This document shows, piece by piece, positions 51,988 through 64,000 of a DNA stretch of 64,000 nucleotides. The stretch spans positions 67,190,641 through 67,254,640 of the forward strand of contig NC_068990.1 in the NCBI RefSeq assembly GCF_001194135.2, read 5' to 3'. The notes under the pieces were generated by a model that was not told where the DNA came from, made no database searches, and was given only the letters and a program-made list of their open reading frames with translations. The DNA comes from Octopus bimaculoides. Taxonomy: Eukaryota. The translations under genes were made by a program, and so were the position numbers. The first letter of the stretch is position 1, and every line of letters starts with the position of its first letter.

Positions 51988-54900
51988 AATTATTAAGGTC
52001 ACTGCTTGGAGTTTAACTCAGAATCTTGGGGTTAGTAGCCTGCGCTTTTAACCACTAAGCCATATGCCCTCATTTGGATTGGTATCAAAAAGAACAAGAA
52101 TCATATATTAACCCTTTTAGCTTCACAATGAAAGTAATTAATGAGAACTGAACTAGCAAGCTCTGTCTTTTATTGTTACAAGCCTCTGAAACACATAGTG
52201 TCAATTTCTGATGGAAATGCAAAAAAAATGATTTGATGCCTCACAGAATTTACATAACGATGGTACTCTAGTTATTAACTGTGTGTATCTATGTATCTCT
52301 ACAACAAGAAACCTGTTCTGCTCTGGCCCCTACCCTCATACTGTAATCCTGCATCTTCCAGCAAAAGGCCATCTTGTTCTCTACTGTATCCCCACTCAGT
52401 CAAAAGAAATTCTTACAAGTTATGCAGCGACCTCATTAGAGTTGACACCACAAAAACGCACCAGTGACACTCTGAAAAGTGGTTGACATCAGGAAGGGTA
52501 TCCAGTCATAGAACCATGCCAAAGAAGACACTGGGGAATGATACTCTCCTCAAACTTGGTTGATCCTGTCACACTGTCTCACTCACACCAGCATGGAAAA
52601 TGAACAATTATTAGATTTTTATGATGATGATGAACGTGAAGTTAAAAGTGGTGGTGTTTATTTCCTCTATAGCATATTTCTAACCTTGTCATACTGGGTA
52701 TCATTTCCACTACTTAATCATCTTCATCATTTTATATCATAGCATGTTTCATGCCATCATAGGTTGGTTGGTCAGCCCAGTCCATTTCAGTTCTTATTCA
52801 GGGTGACGGCAACTTCTACATGTGTCAAAAACCATTTCTTGCCTGCATGCTTCATTTATATCATGGTTCCAATGGTGGATGCTCTTCCCATCACCAGCTG
52901 GTGCACTGGGTGCATTATGAAGAGAGCTATGTCCTGTCTATTTCACATTCTTTGTGGAGGCGCAATGGCCCAGTGGTTAGGGCAGTGGACTCGCCGTCAT
53001 AGGATCGCGATTTCAATTCCCAGAGTGGGCGTTGTGAGTGTTTATTGAGCGAAAACACCTAAAGCTCTACAAGGTTCCAGCAGCGGATAGTGGCGAACCC
53101 TGCTGTACTCTTTCACCACAACTTTCTCTCACTCTTTCTTCCTGTTTTTGTTGTACTTGTATTTCAAAGGGCCAGCTTTGTCACACTGTGTCACGCTGAA
53201 TATCCCCGAGAACTACGTTAAGNNNNNNNNNNCTTTGTCACACTGTGTCACGCTGAATATCCCCGAGAACTACGTTAAGGGTACACGTGTCTGTGGAGTG
53301 CTCAGCCACTTGCACGTTAATTTCATGAGCAGGCTGTTCTGTTGATCGGATCAACTGGAACCCTCGACGCCAGAAGCGATGGAGAGCCAACAACAACATT
53401 TCACATTCTATATTCATTACTTGTGCAGGATAATTAGTCTTTTCCCTAACACAAACAAGACAAATTCTCTGCTCAGTTCCACTTCCCCATGATATTCCTT
53501 TTAATTCTTTCCATTTTCTCCCATACAACTGAGGTGTAGATGCAGAACGCGGAATGCTTTTCTTTTGACAACACTGGTACATTCGTGCATTTCTCCCTTG
53601 TACTGAATAAGCAGCATTAAGCAGGGAAAAGGATGTTAAAGAAGAAAACCAGAAGGGCAGTAATGGGAAGGTGATGGAGGAGAGTGTAATGGATGAAAGT
53701 CAAAGTGAAAAAAATGATTAATGAATAATAAATAAGGGCCAGGATGAAAAAAATCAAGAAGATTGAAGACAAGGTAATAGTGGTGGGAGGGAGAGTGATA
53801 GAGTAATATATTCAATAATATGTACCTTTGGAATGATTTTAAAATGATTTAACAAATATACAGCCAAATCTCCAGGACTTATATGTGTGCGCAACATATG
53901 TTTTCATATGATTACATGACAAGGAATGAATAATGAATTGTTGCGCAGTTGCTATGGGCTCTGTACATTCAGGTACTCATGTTTAATTTGCAAAAAGTCA
54001 GTTGATATTAAGAACAATGTATTTGTTTAGTAATATAAATTGTTATGTAAGAAAACAAAACTGTTATGTAAGAAAATAAAAAAACTAAAAACAATTTTAC
54101 ATTAGAAAAGAACTGCTTCTTCAAATGAGAAACAGAACTCAATACTGATGTACAGATACTTTTTATTTAGTACTTTTTAATTGTTACAAAAGTGACTCAA
54201 AGACTGAAAGTTTTCTGAATGGTAACTCTTGGAGCTTGAGTCACTTTTGTAACTTTCTACAAATTAAAAAGAACAAAAAGTGTGGCTGTATGTGTGTATA
54301 TATATATAAAATCAATGAACTTTCAGTTGTCAATTGTGGAACACAGCTGTCACTACATAAACCTAATGATTGCATAATGAATGAAAGTACTAGTTTATTT
54401 TGATACTTTAAAATTCTAAAACTTGCTAGTAAAATCAGACTAAACTGGAATTTCATTGATTAATACATTCTTCTGTACACAATCATACAAACTTGGGTGT
54501 ATGTATATATATATATAATACAGACACACACACACACAAATGCATATATATCGTCATTATCATTTAGCATCCATTTTCCATGCTGGCATGAGTTTGATGG
54601 TTTGACAAGAGCTGGTAAGGCCAGGAGCTGCATCAGTCTCCATTGTTTGTTTTTGGCATAGGTTTCTACTGTTGGATGCTCTTCCTAAAGCTAATTATAT
54701 TGCAGAGTGTATTCTGTAGATTTTACGTGACACCATCATTGACTGGGTCACTAAGTATCTTGCAAGTCGAAAACTCCTCAGTTGGGAATGGGGAGTAGGA
54801 TCGAGTGCTGGTTGTGCTGGTTGAGTGATTAAAGGGACAGAGATAGGTGTCTTGCTGTTGGGTAGATACATGGATACTCCAATTGGAAAAGAAAAGAGAG

Positions 54901-55307
54901 TTAGAGGGTAAGATAAAGACAGCAGATAAAGAGAGCAATAGAGATGGCGGTGAAGATGTTTCAGGACATGCTTTCAAGGGACATTGGGGGGGGGGGAGAA
55001 TAAATGAAGTGATATTGAGGTTTTGACTGCATGAGTGGGCAGGAGCTGCAGTAGATATGTCAAGGAATTGAGGATGACAGCAGATATATGATGGAGAGCA
55101 ACACAGGGAAGAGAAGAAACAGAAAGGAAGTGATTGTTGGAGACAGTAGGCAGGGGAAGACAATGGGAAATGGAAGCTTGGGGTGAGGAAAGAAAGGTAA
55201 CTGAGAAAGCAGGCAGGTATGTAGTAAATGTTTATTCTGCTTTCAGATGCTAGAAAAGTAACGGATGTAAGGGGATGAAATATGGATGGGGAATTAGTTA
55301 ACAGGGC

Positions 55308-55352
<45 letters not shown>

Positions 55353-55731
55353 TGAGAAGGGTAACATAATCACATTCATTAGCTTACAGCTGTGCACTTA
55401 AAACTGGGTGCTTGTGCAACACCCTAATATGTCAGAAACAGCTGTAAGCTAATGATGGTGATTATATAATTCCTGTTTCTTTTTTTTGTTGTCATTCATT
55501 ATTCATTAATTAATATTACACTCTGTACTCAGTATACTAAGTATATTGAGATCTAACAACCAGTTATTTGCACAGCTATGCCTAAGAAAAACCATAATAC
55601 ATGTATATATATACATATATGTGTGTGTGTGAATGTGCATGGCTCAGTGGTTAATGCATCAGGCCCACAATCACAAAGTAGTGAGTTCAATTCCTGGATT
55701 GGGTTGTGTTGTGCTCTTGAGCAAGACAATT

Positions 55732-56314
55732 GGCGATCTTTCGATACCAATCCTCCTTTTTGCTTCAGCGTTTGTTTACATCAATTAGGCAATTTCCGTA
55801 ATGAAAGAGAGAAAGGGTGTTAGTCAGCGACAGCTTTGATCTGTTAGGTAGCAGACAGCATGCCAGTTATCTCTCTTTCCCCCTCTCTTAAGAACACATG
55901 CTAGTTATCTCTCTTTCCCCCTCTCTTAAGAACACATGCCAGTTATCTCTCGCTTTCTCTCTCTATCTCTAACCCTAACCCATAACCCTAACCCTAAGAG
56001 ACGTGTTTTTAAGAGAGTGTAAAAGAGATAGATAGAGAGAGAGTGTGAAAGAGATAGACAGAGAGAGAGAAAGCGAGGGAGTGTGAAAGAGATAGATAGG
56101 GAGAGAGTGTGAAAGAGATAGACAGAGAGAGAGAAAGCGAGAGATAAGTGACATGTGTTCTTAAGGGATGGGTTTCCCTGCTGTCTGCTACCTAACAGAT
56201 CAAATCTGTCGCTGACTAACGTCCTTTCCCTCTTTCTTTACGGAAACTGCCGAACGATTGTCAAACGATTGTCAAACGAGTTGGCATATAGAAAACTTGT
56301 ACCGAAGGATCGCC
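55732..56314. mobile_element. Non-autonomous foldback MITE with TIRs, internal tandem repeats and (TAACCC)n
   Basis: TIR ggcgatctttcgatac / gtaccgaaggatcgcc. Subterminal ~70-bp inverted arms (~55788-55860 and ~56180-56251). 38-bp tandem unit. Telomere-type hexamers at 55969-55997. Confidence 0.85.
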
Positions 56315-57544
56315 GAACTTTATAGGTGCAGTTTCCATTCATGAATGAAGGGGATCTTTTATATATATATATATATAAAATATATATATTCTTTTATTCT
56401 TTTACTTGTTTCAGTCATTTGATTGCGGCCATGCTGGAGCACTGCTTTTAGTCGAACAAACTGACCCCAGGACTTATTCTTTGTAAGCCTAGTACTTATT
56501 CTATAGGTCTCTTTTGCTGAACTGCTAAGTTATGGGGACATAAGCACACCAACATCAGTTGTCAAGCAATGGTGGTGGGAGGACAAATACAGACACACAA
56601 CTACATACACATATTTACAATGGGTCTCTTTCAGTTTCCATCTACCAAATCCACTCACAAGGCTTTGGTTGACCTGAGACAATAGTAGAAGACACTTGCC
56701 CAAGGTGCCATGTAGTGGGACTGAATCCAGAACCATGTTGTTGGGAAGCAAACTTCTTACCACACAGCCCACATATATAATTTATTGTTCCATAATGGTA
56801 AGATTAGCAAAAAAGTATTCCATCTGGTGAGAGATAGATATTATTTATTAGACACAATACATGCTTATATGTGCTACTAATAGTTTCATATGTTGAGAAA
56901 TACCTCAAACATTCATCAGGCACAAACCACGTATCATAATGAACTAAAAATTGAATGCATAATAATCTTAAAAGAAGGAAGCATGAGAGATGTATACAGA
57001 TTTATTATTTCCATATGATTACAACTAGGATAAATCTGTATTTGCCTCTCATACCTCCTGATTTCATGCTTATATATGCCTTGTCAAAGTAGTATATCCT
57101 GGATTCTAGTTGTATGGATATGCTAAACTGCATCATAATTCAATTACTGTGTGAACTGATAGCTGATTCCTTGTGGGAGTGCTTAATGTGTATTCTGCTC
57201 GATTCTTTGAATCCAATTTTCTACTTTATTATACATAATTTTTACCTTCAGATATATTTATTATTTTATTCTGATACATATTAATATACCTTATACCATC
57301 CTAATCTTGAAGTAATTGTAGCAAAGCAATTAAAAACCAAATAATAATGTTTATATTTGAAATTATGAAACTCATATGAACACAAGAGAGAGGCCAATAT
57401 CAGTGGCATTTCTTAATCTGAATGTAACATCCAGATTGCATTGCCTCTACAAGTCTAGAGAAGCAATCACTATTCAATTTCTTTGGATTTGATCCCAAAT
57501 ATATCAAACAATAATCATATTATATGATTTCTATATATCAAGTT

Positions 57545-57715
57545 TCTGCAATCTCACCCAGTTGAAAGCTTTCAGAAGTTGCAGAATATTGAAAGTCATA
57601 ATGGTGAACAAATGGCATGGAATTTGCTTGAATGAAAATTATATTGATATAAAGGATTCTTGTGGTCAAAGTTATAACAATGCTCTCTCAAAATGACTGA
57701 CAGCCACAATGGATT
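57545..57715 (+). mobile_element. hAT transposase relic
   Basis: HPVESFQKLQNIESHNGEQMA…IDIKDSCGQSYNNA resembles the hAT motif PVERFL…ESHTGExLA…IDIxxCRGQSYDNAS. Confidence 0.65.
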
Positions 57716-58706
57716 CTAAGGACAGATTAAGAAACTGAATCAGTTTCCACAATACACAAGTTCAGTACATTCAGTAATTTTTAATTGAGAATTTTACCAA
57801 GAAGTAATAAATTAAATTTTTGTCTTAATTTGAATTCTGATTACATTTTATTTATTTATCTTTATTTTTATTTAAACATTTCTGTGTAATGGTCACAGCT
57901 CTATCGTATAGTGATTATCACATCTGCTTAACACACAGAAAACCACAAATTCAATCTCGCTAAAACCTTATACGACATTTTTTTTAAGGTGGCTCACTGG
58001 CAGAATTGTTTGCACACCAGGTAAATTGCTTAGTTGCATTTCGCCATCTTAACATTCTGAGTTCAAATTCTGCCTTTCATTCTTTCTGAAGCAATAGAAT
58101 AAATGCAAGTTGAGCACTAGGGTTGATGTAGTTAACCTACCCCTTCCCCTGAACTTGCTGATCTTGTGCCAGAATTTGTAACCGATATTTCTGTGTAATG
58201 ATAGAGATTTATGTATGCTTTATTCTTAAAGGTAACACTTATTTACAAAATTCTGAATATATTTTATACCAATTGTTGAAGGATGTTAAAGCTACATGGA
58301 TACTCCCTTACTGAGCTTTCAGATGTTACATAAATCTTGAGTAATATTGCAGTGGTAATGATCAGTAAAAGAAGTCTGTTAACAGTAGGCTTACAATAAA
58401 GTACAGGCTAGAAACTAAAACAATGACCATATTGTTAGTTTAAACATGAATTTTAAACATGAACTCTAAGGTTAGTTGTTCAATTGACATGTAGAGGAAT
58501 TGTGTCAGTGACCAGGTTTCATTTGTGTGATGGAACATTTTGCACAGATGGAAGAATGGCTGTATTGTAAGAAGTTTGCTTCTCAACCATAAAGTTTTAA
58601 GTTCTGTCCCACTGTGCGGCAACTTGGGCAACTGTTTTCTGACTATGGCCACTGACCAAGGGGATTTGGTAGACAAACAACGGAAAGAAGCTCATCATGT
58701 GTGTAT

Positions 58707-58743
<37 letters not shown>

Positions 58744-61596
58744 GGGGGGAAAGCTGAAATATTTCTGTCATTAGAGGCCATTTATACCCTACTATGTCTG
58801 AATGTTTTCCACCTCATCAAGAATTTGACAATGTATTTTGATTTTGCTGTTTACTGAAGATAAGCAATAATACATTCACCAATATTTTTAGTGTCCATTT
58901 TCCCATGCTTGTATGGATCAGACAAGAGTATGTTGTAGCAGAGTTTTCAATGACTGGATTCTCTTCCTCTTGCATACTCCCTCTCTTTTCTAAGTATGAT
59001 AATACTCTCTCACTCTATCAAACAACAAACATCTTGGACATGCTTACATGGTGGATTTTAAGCAAATGAGTCCATTTGCGAAACCATTGTTTATAATCAA
59101 ACATACATGTGGAATCAAAAGGAAGCAAACCTTATTCACATACATACATGCAATGAAATTCCTTCAGTCTCCCTCGGTCAAATCCACTCATAAGGCTTGG
59201 GTTGGCCTGAGGACCAATGAAATGGTTGGGAAGTGAACTTCTCAAACATGCAGGCATGACTCAGATTTTGTTACACTAAGAAAGTCTGACAAAAGAGTTT
59301 CTGCATTGCTATATATATATTAGTTGATACAAAACAGATTTATGATTGTTTTAGTTTTTCTACCTCATAACCAAAAAAACTCACGTGGAATCTTGTTTTC
59401 CAAACACAGAAATTGTCTTAAAGATTTATTTAGCTATTACAGCTACAAGTTACAAGTTGCAGTGTTGAATATTAACTTCCAAAGGTCAAGAGCAATTTGT
59501 TTTAAATATTATTTTCAAATAAGTATGATACCAAGACCAGAGCAGACAGCTTCAACAATCTTAACAATTTAATATGAACTTTTGCCAAAAAATAGATATT
59601 TTCACCATCATAAACAAGTTTGATCTTTCCCAGAAATTGAAAACCTAATCTTATTGAGACAAGTCTGACCAAAGTGTTTCTATTGTAAAGTTTTGATATT
59701 TGTTAATTACCATAAATCTATACTCTGGAGGGAATTATCTGTTTGTAGTGTAAAGTTTGGAAAAAAATTATATTGTTTTATCAGTTGTTACCATAGTAAT
59801 TTGAAGGGCTAAATTTTCTGGCAAAGAATGAATTATACTGGAATAAAAATATTTTGGTTCCTCTTTTGAAATAAATGCTGCAGGGTCTATGTAAGCTTAA
59901 TCCATTTGTTTTAACAAAAGAAAGACTGGTCAGATTGTATTTTATTGTTATATATTTTTGTGTAATGTTTAATGGTTTTGTAGTTAAACAGTTTCAAAAG
60001 CAATTTTGGTTGAATCTAAAAAGTCATTATTCTTTGAGTTTATGATAGTAAATCAGTACAGATTTTGTTATTGTAGTAAAACAATCTCAAATTCCAGGAA
60101 CCATAGTACTAATTACCTGGTTTCCATGGCCTATAAGTGACCAAGATTTCAACGTTCCCCCAAATAGGACACTAGTCTGTCACTGAGTAACTCATTTACA
60201 GCTGAATGGACACCAGGTTACTCATTTACAGCTGATCAATGTGAAATTCAGTGTTTTACCAAACACAACACACCTCTCAGTCCAAGAATTGAAGCTACAA
60301 TCTTGAGATCATGGGAGCAACGCCCTAAACAAGAGGCCACCTGCTTTCTCTTTTATTATGGGGGATTGGTAGAATTGTTAGAGTATGATAAAAAATGTCT
60401 TGTGGTATTTGATCCAGCTCCTTACAATCTGTGGTCAAATCCTGTCAAGGTCTACTTTGTTTTTCATCTTTCCAATTATTACAACAGGGTACCAGTTTTA
60501 TACTGGAGCTGATGGAATCAATTAAATGTCTTCATTCAAAACTACTGGCCTTGAAACTTAATTAGAAACAATTATTTCATGCATTCAGTTTTATTTTATC
60601 AACTGTTTACTCATTTTAGAAAGTTTGGTAAAGCAAATACACTTATATAAAACATTCTTCTGAAATTTAGTCTCTAACATCATTCTTAGCAGAGCTGCAA
60701 CACAATTAACATAGAAGTCAAAACTTACTCAGATCCAGCAGCCAGATATGTTAATTAATGAACCTGTTTTGAGATCACATTTAACATATTGCATCAAGAA
60801 GTGTTTATGGTCGTGTCAAGTCTGATAGCAATCTGAAATTGTTCTATCTTTTGTTGTTGTAGAATGTCTGGACTTTTCTTGTGGAAGGTGACTAAAGTTT
60901 AATCTTAAAGCCAATTAATATGTGGTACTGTGAGAACAAAAATAAGTTCTATGCCAGCACAAGACAACGCAGTGAGTTGATCTGTAACCTATATATTGAA
61001 GTCTGAATAACCTGGTTCGTCTAACACAATGCTCTTAACTTGCTCGGAAAAGAAAATGTCCAGAGATTTAAAATATCAGAAATATTAAAATATTATTCTG
61101 AAAGTATAAACTCTGACAGATTTTGATTTCATTTCTAACCTGTGAGTGCCACAGACCAACACTTTTTATCAGTCAGACAAACATTATTATTCTATTATTT
61201 TGTCACAAATATAATACAGATTTATTTTCAAGGAAAATGATGTCAGTTTTGTTTGGAGAGGAAATCATCAATCAAAACCACCACCACCATCATTATCATC
61301 ATCACCATCATTATCATCATCTTCACCACAACCATTATTATTTGTAGAAGAACTTGGCAATAAACAATAACTATAATCAACTTCATTATATTACAGGTAC
61401 TTTCTTTATAAATTCTGGACAAAAATGAAAGCTAAAATACACCAAATGTTAAATTTTTGAAGTCAGCAATGCAAAGCACTAAATAAAACACAATAAGTTG
61501 GTTCACCTGTCTGTTCTTGAGGTATTCTTAATTGGGAAAGAAGCAAATGTTTTGTGTGGTTAGGAGAGAGCTGATTATGTTAGCCCNNNNNNNNNN

Positions 61597-61640
<44 letters not shown>

Positions 61641-62737
61641 CATGTATGTATGTATGTATGTATAGGGATGGTGAAAGAAGGACAATAGGCTGTAGAAAAC
61701 CTGACTCAACAAGTTGCATCTGTCCTATGCAAACATGGAAAATTAGATGTTAAAACAATGATGATGATGAAGGTGATGAGGGTAATGATGATGCTGAGGA
61801 TGATGATGTACTACAAAATAAATTGTGATGTGTTTTGCCTTTTTAAGTGTATTTGTACGGTAAAAGGAGACAGTTGCTTCTAAGTATTGATGCTAGAATG
61901 CAATGTAAAATAGTCTTGAAGTATGCAGGCACCCTAATAGAAAGTCTACCATTATAAATCACCAGCTTTTACTTTCAGCAAAGAATGAATCCATAGGGTA
62001 ACGAGGAATTAAAAGGTGTTGTCCAGTCAAAATGTTCATCTTATTGCTAGTCATGAGCACAAGCAGTTATAAACTTGTAATAAATTGGCTTCTGTCTTAA
62101 TCCACTCAACAGCTGCTTATATAAACATTAAAGCAAAAACTTTAAAAGCTTTTCTAATTTTCTAATAGTAAAACTTGAGTGGCTTAAGGCTCTCTCTCTA
62201 ATAGCAGTGGTAATTATGGAGATGATAAAATTATTTGTAGAATGAATGCTTTTATTTTTCTATTAGCCGCATGCAACAAGTGTCAAGGATTTCATTACAT
62301 TAACGGAGTTGTTATTTGAAAAGGTAAATGGAAAGACAAAATCTATGACACAGCTTCTTTAATGCACTCAGTTGCAATATACTATAATCTTTTTTTTTTT
62401 TTTTTTTCATTTTATAGCCTTAAGTCACCTACATATTATGGTTTGAAATAGATTTTTTTTCTTCAAAGATATTTTTTTTTCCTCTATCGTCATAATCATT
62501 ATTGTTTCAACATTTACTTTTCCATGCTTGTATGGGTCAGACAGAATTTGTTGAGGCAGATTTTCTGGAGCTGGATGCTCTTCTTGTCTCTAACTATCAC
62601 TTTCTTCCCCATAGCTAGACATGTTTCCATGGGAGACTGAAAACAAACAGTGTTGTTTGTATGACAGTGATACTCATTTGCAACCATCATGTGATGTCAG
62701 GTCAAGGTTACACACAAACACAGACATATACATACAC

Positions 62738-62772
<35 letters not shown>

Positions 62773-64000
62773 CAACAAGCTCCTTTCAGATTCCATCTGC
62801 CAAATTTACTCACAAGGCTCTTGTTGGCCCAGTGCTATAGTAGATATTTGTTCAAAGAGCAGCACAGTAGTACTGAACCCAAAGTGACATTGTTGGGAAG
62901 TAAACTTCTTAATCACACACCAATGTCTGCAACTTTTCTATGTATAAAATTTACAAAAATAAATATATTTGAAGAATGATTAATCAAAAATGATTTGGTC
63001 CAGTGTTAAAGAATCTTATCTATGTACAGTAAATCCATGTTTCAATTATTAGGTTATATTTGTATAATTTTCAAGTCTCATACTGAAGAGTCTAAAGAGA
63101 TGAGTCAACATTACAAAAAGGGACTAGAATCAGAAAGTGAATTCAATTTAACCAAAGTGTGTCAAGGGAATCCTATAACTAATGCTATTGGCAAGAATGA
63201 GCACCAAAATTTTCTGGCTTGTCATTTAAATTGACTTTTTACTTTATGGTCCCATAAAACATTTACAATCTACCCATTTGATCTTGGTAGTAATAAACTA
63301 GCAATTCTAACTGACATAGTTTAAGAAACCTGCAAATCATTTGATATACTTTCAAAAGTTTATCAAACTTTCAAAACAACTGACATACTTTTGAATTATG
63401 TGACATATTTCCAAAATCCTCTTTTCATTTAAAGGTACTATAATTTTTCAGAAATATGTTTAAATATAATTCTTCCATTCTGCATTCTTCTCTGTAACTT
63501 AGTATTTTTATGAGTGAGCTGTTTATTTTGCTCTTCTGTATTTTATCAAGAAAGGTATCTCATTTCAATGTTCTATTTGATCCAATAGATCCTTTTAAGT
63601 TTTTCAAAATACCATTAAGAGAGCACTTATGAATTAAGCTCAACCTTTAAATGTGTTCCTGTCTTGTGCCTTAACGCTAGCATGAATAAAAATAAGGAGA
63701 ATTATAGAAGTGGCTTAAGATAAAATTTAATTTCATGATCGAAATAATCTCAAAATGATATGACATTATATGATGCTCAATATACTCTGCCCTTATCTTA
63801 ATATGGAATAAAACACCATGTGAAATGCTCATATGTCAGTAAACGCATAAATCCAGTAAGAGTTTCTGTTTTACAAAATCTGAAAACTACTTATTTTGAT
63901 ATCCATTTAGATTATCTACTTTATTTCAATAGTCGTAAATAATAAAATTTTCTCGGTTGATATCTCTTATCCAGCATCCTCTCAAATATTCATAGCTTCT

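Noticed and set aside
53390-53600. Cys-containing frames near a minus-strand acceptor, as a possible WAP/sushi exon
   Set aside because: No frame gives WAP or CCP cysteine spacing with a compatible donor.
60729-60832. Segment with good minus-strand splice signals
   Set aside because: All frames are closed by stops.

Overview
AT-rich, microsatellite- and SINE-dense eukaryotic DNA with several N-gaps. The repeat families match those I recognise from Octopus genomes, so the host is inferred to be an octopus. The only convincing host coding sequence is two minus-strand exons (10867-10783 and 3033-2942). They splice in frame into one complete sushi/CCP module (ETNCGLPGPLRNGYLDGHRTTVGAVFFFRCNVRTTFDGPSFSTQCQENGSWSHPPPKCW) resembling the LEV-9/Hasp family of secreted cholinergic-synapse scaffold proteins. 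The rest of the window appears to be intron of that gene; I found no further sushi exon in 10.9-64 kb. It holds decayed mariner, CR1-group LINE, RTE, Penelope-like (PLE), hAT and Helitron relics plus many SINEs. The most notable non-coding structures are three minimal hammerhead-ribozyme motifs plus a degenerate palindromic pair, a ~880-bp near-perfect palindrome inserted inside a SINE, several other long fold-backs, and a MITE carrying telomere-type repeats. No clearly novel protein-coding system was found. Repeat boundaries are approximate and all calls were made by eye without database searches.
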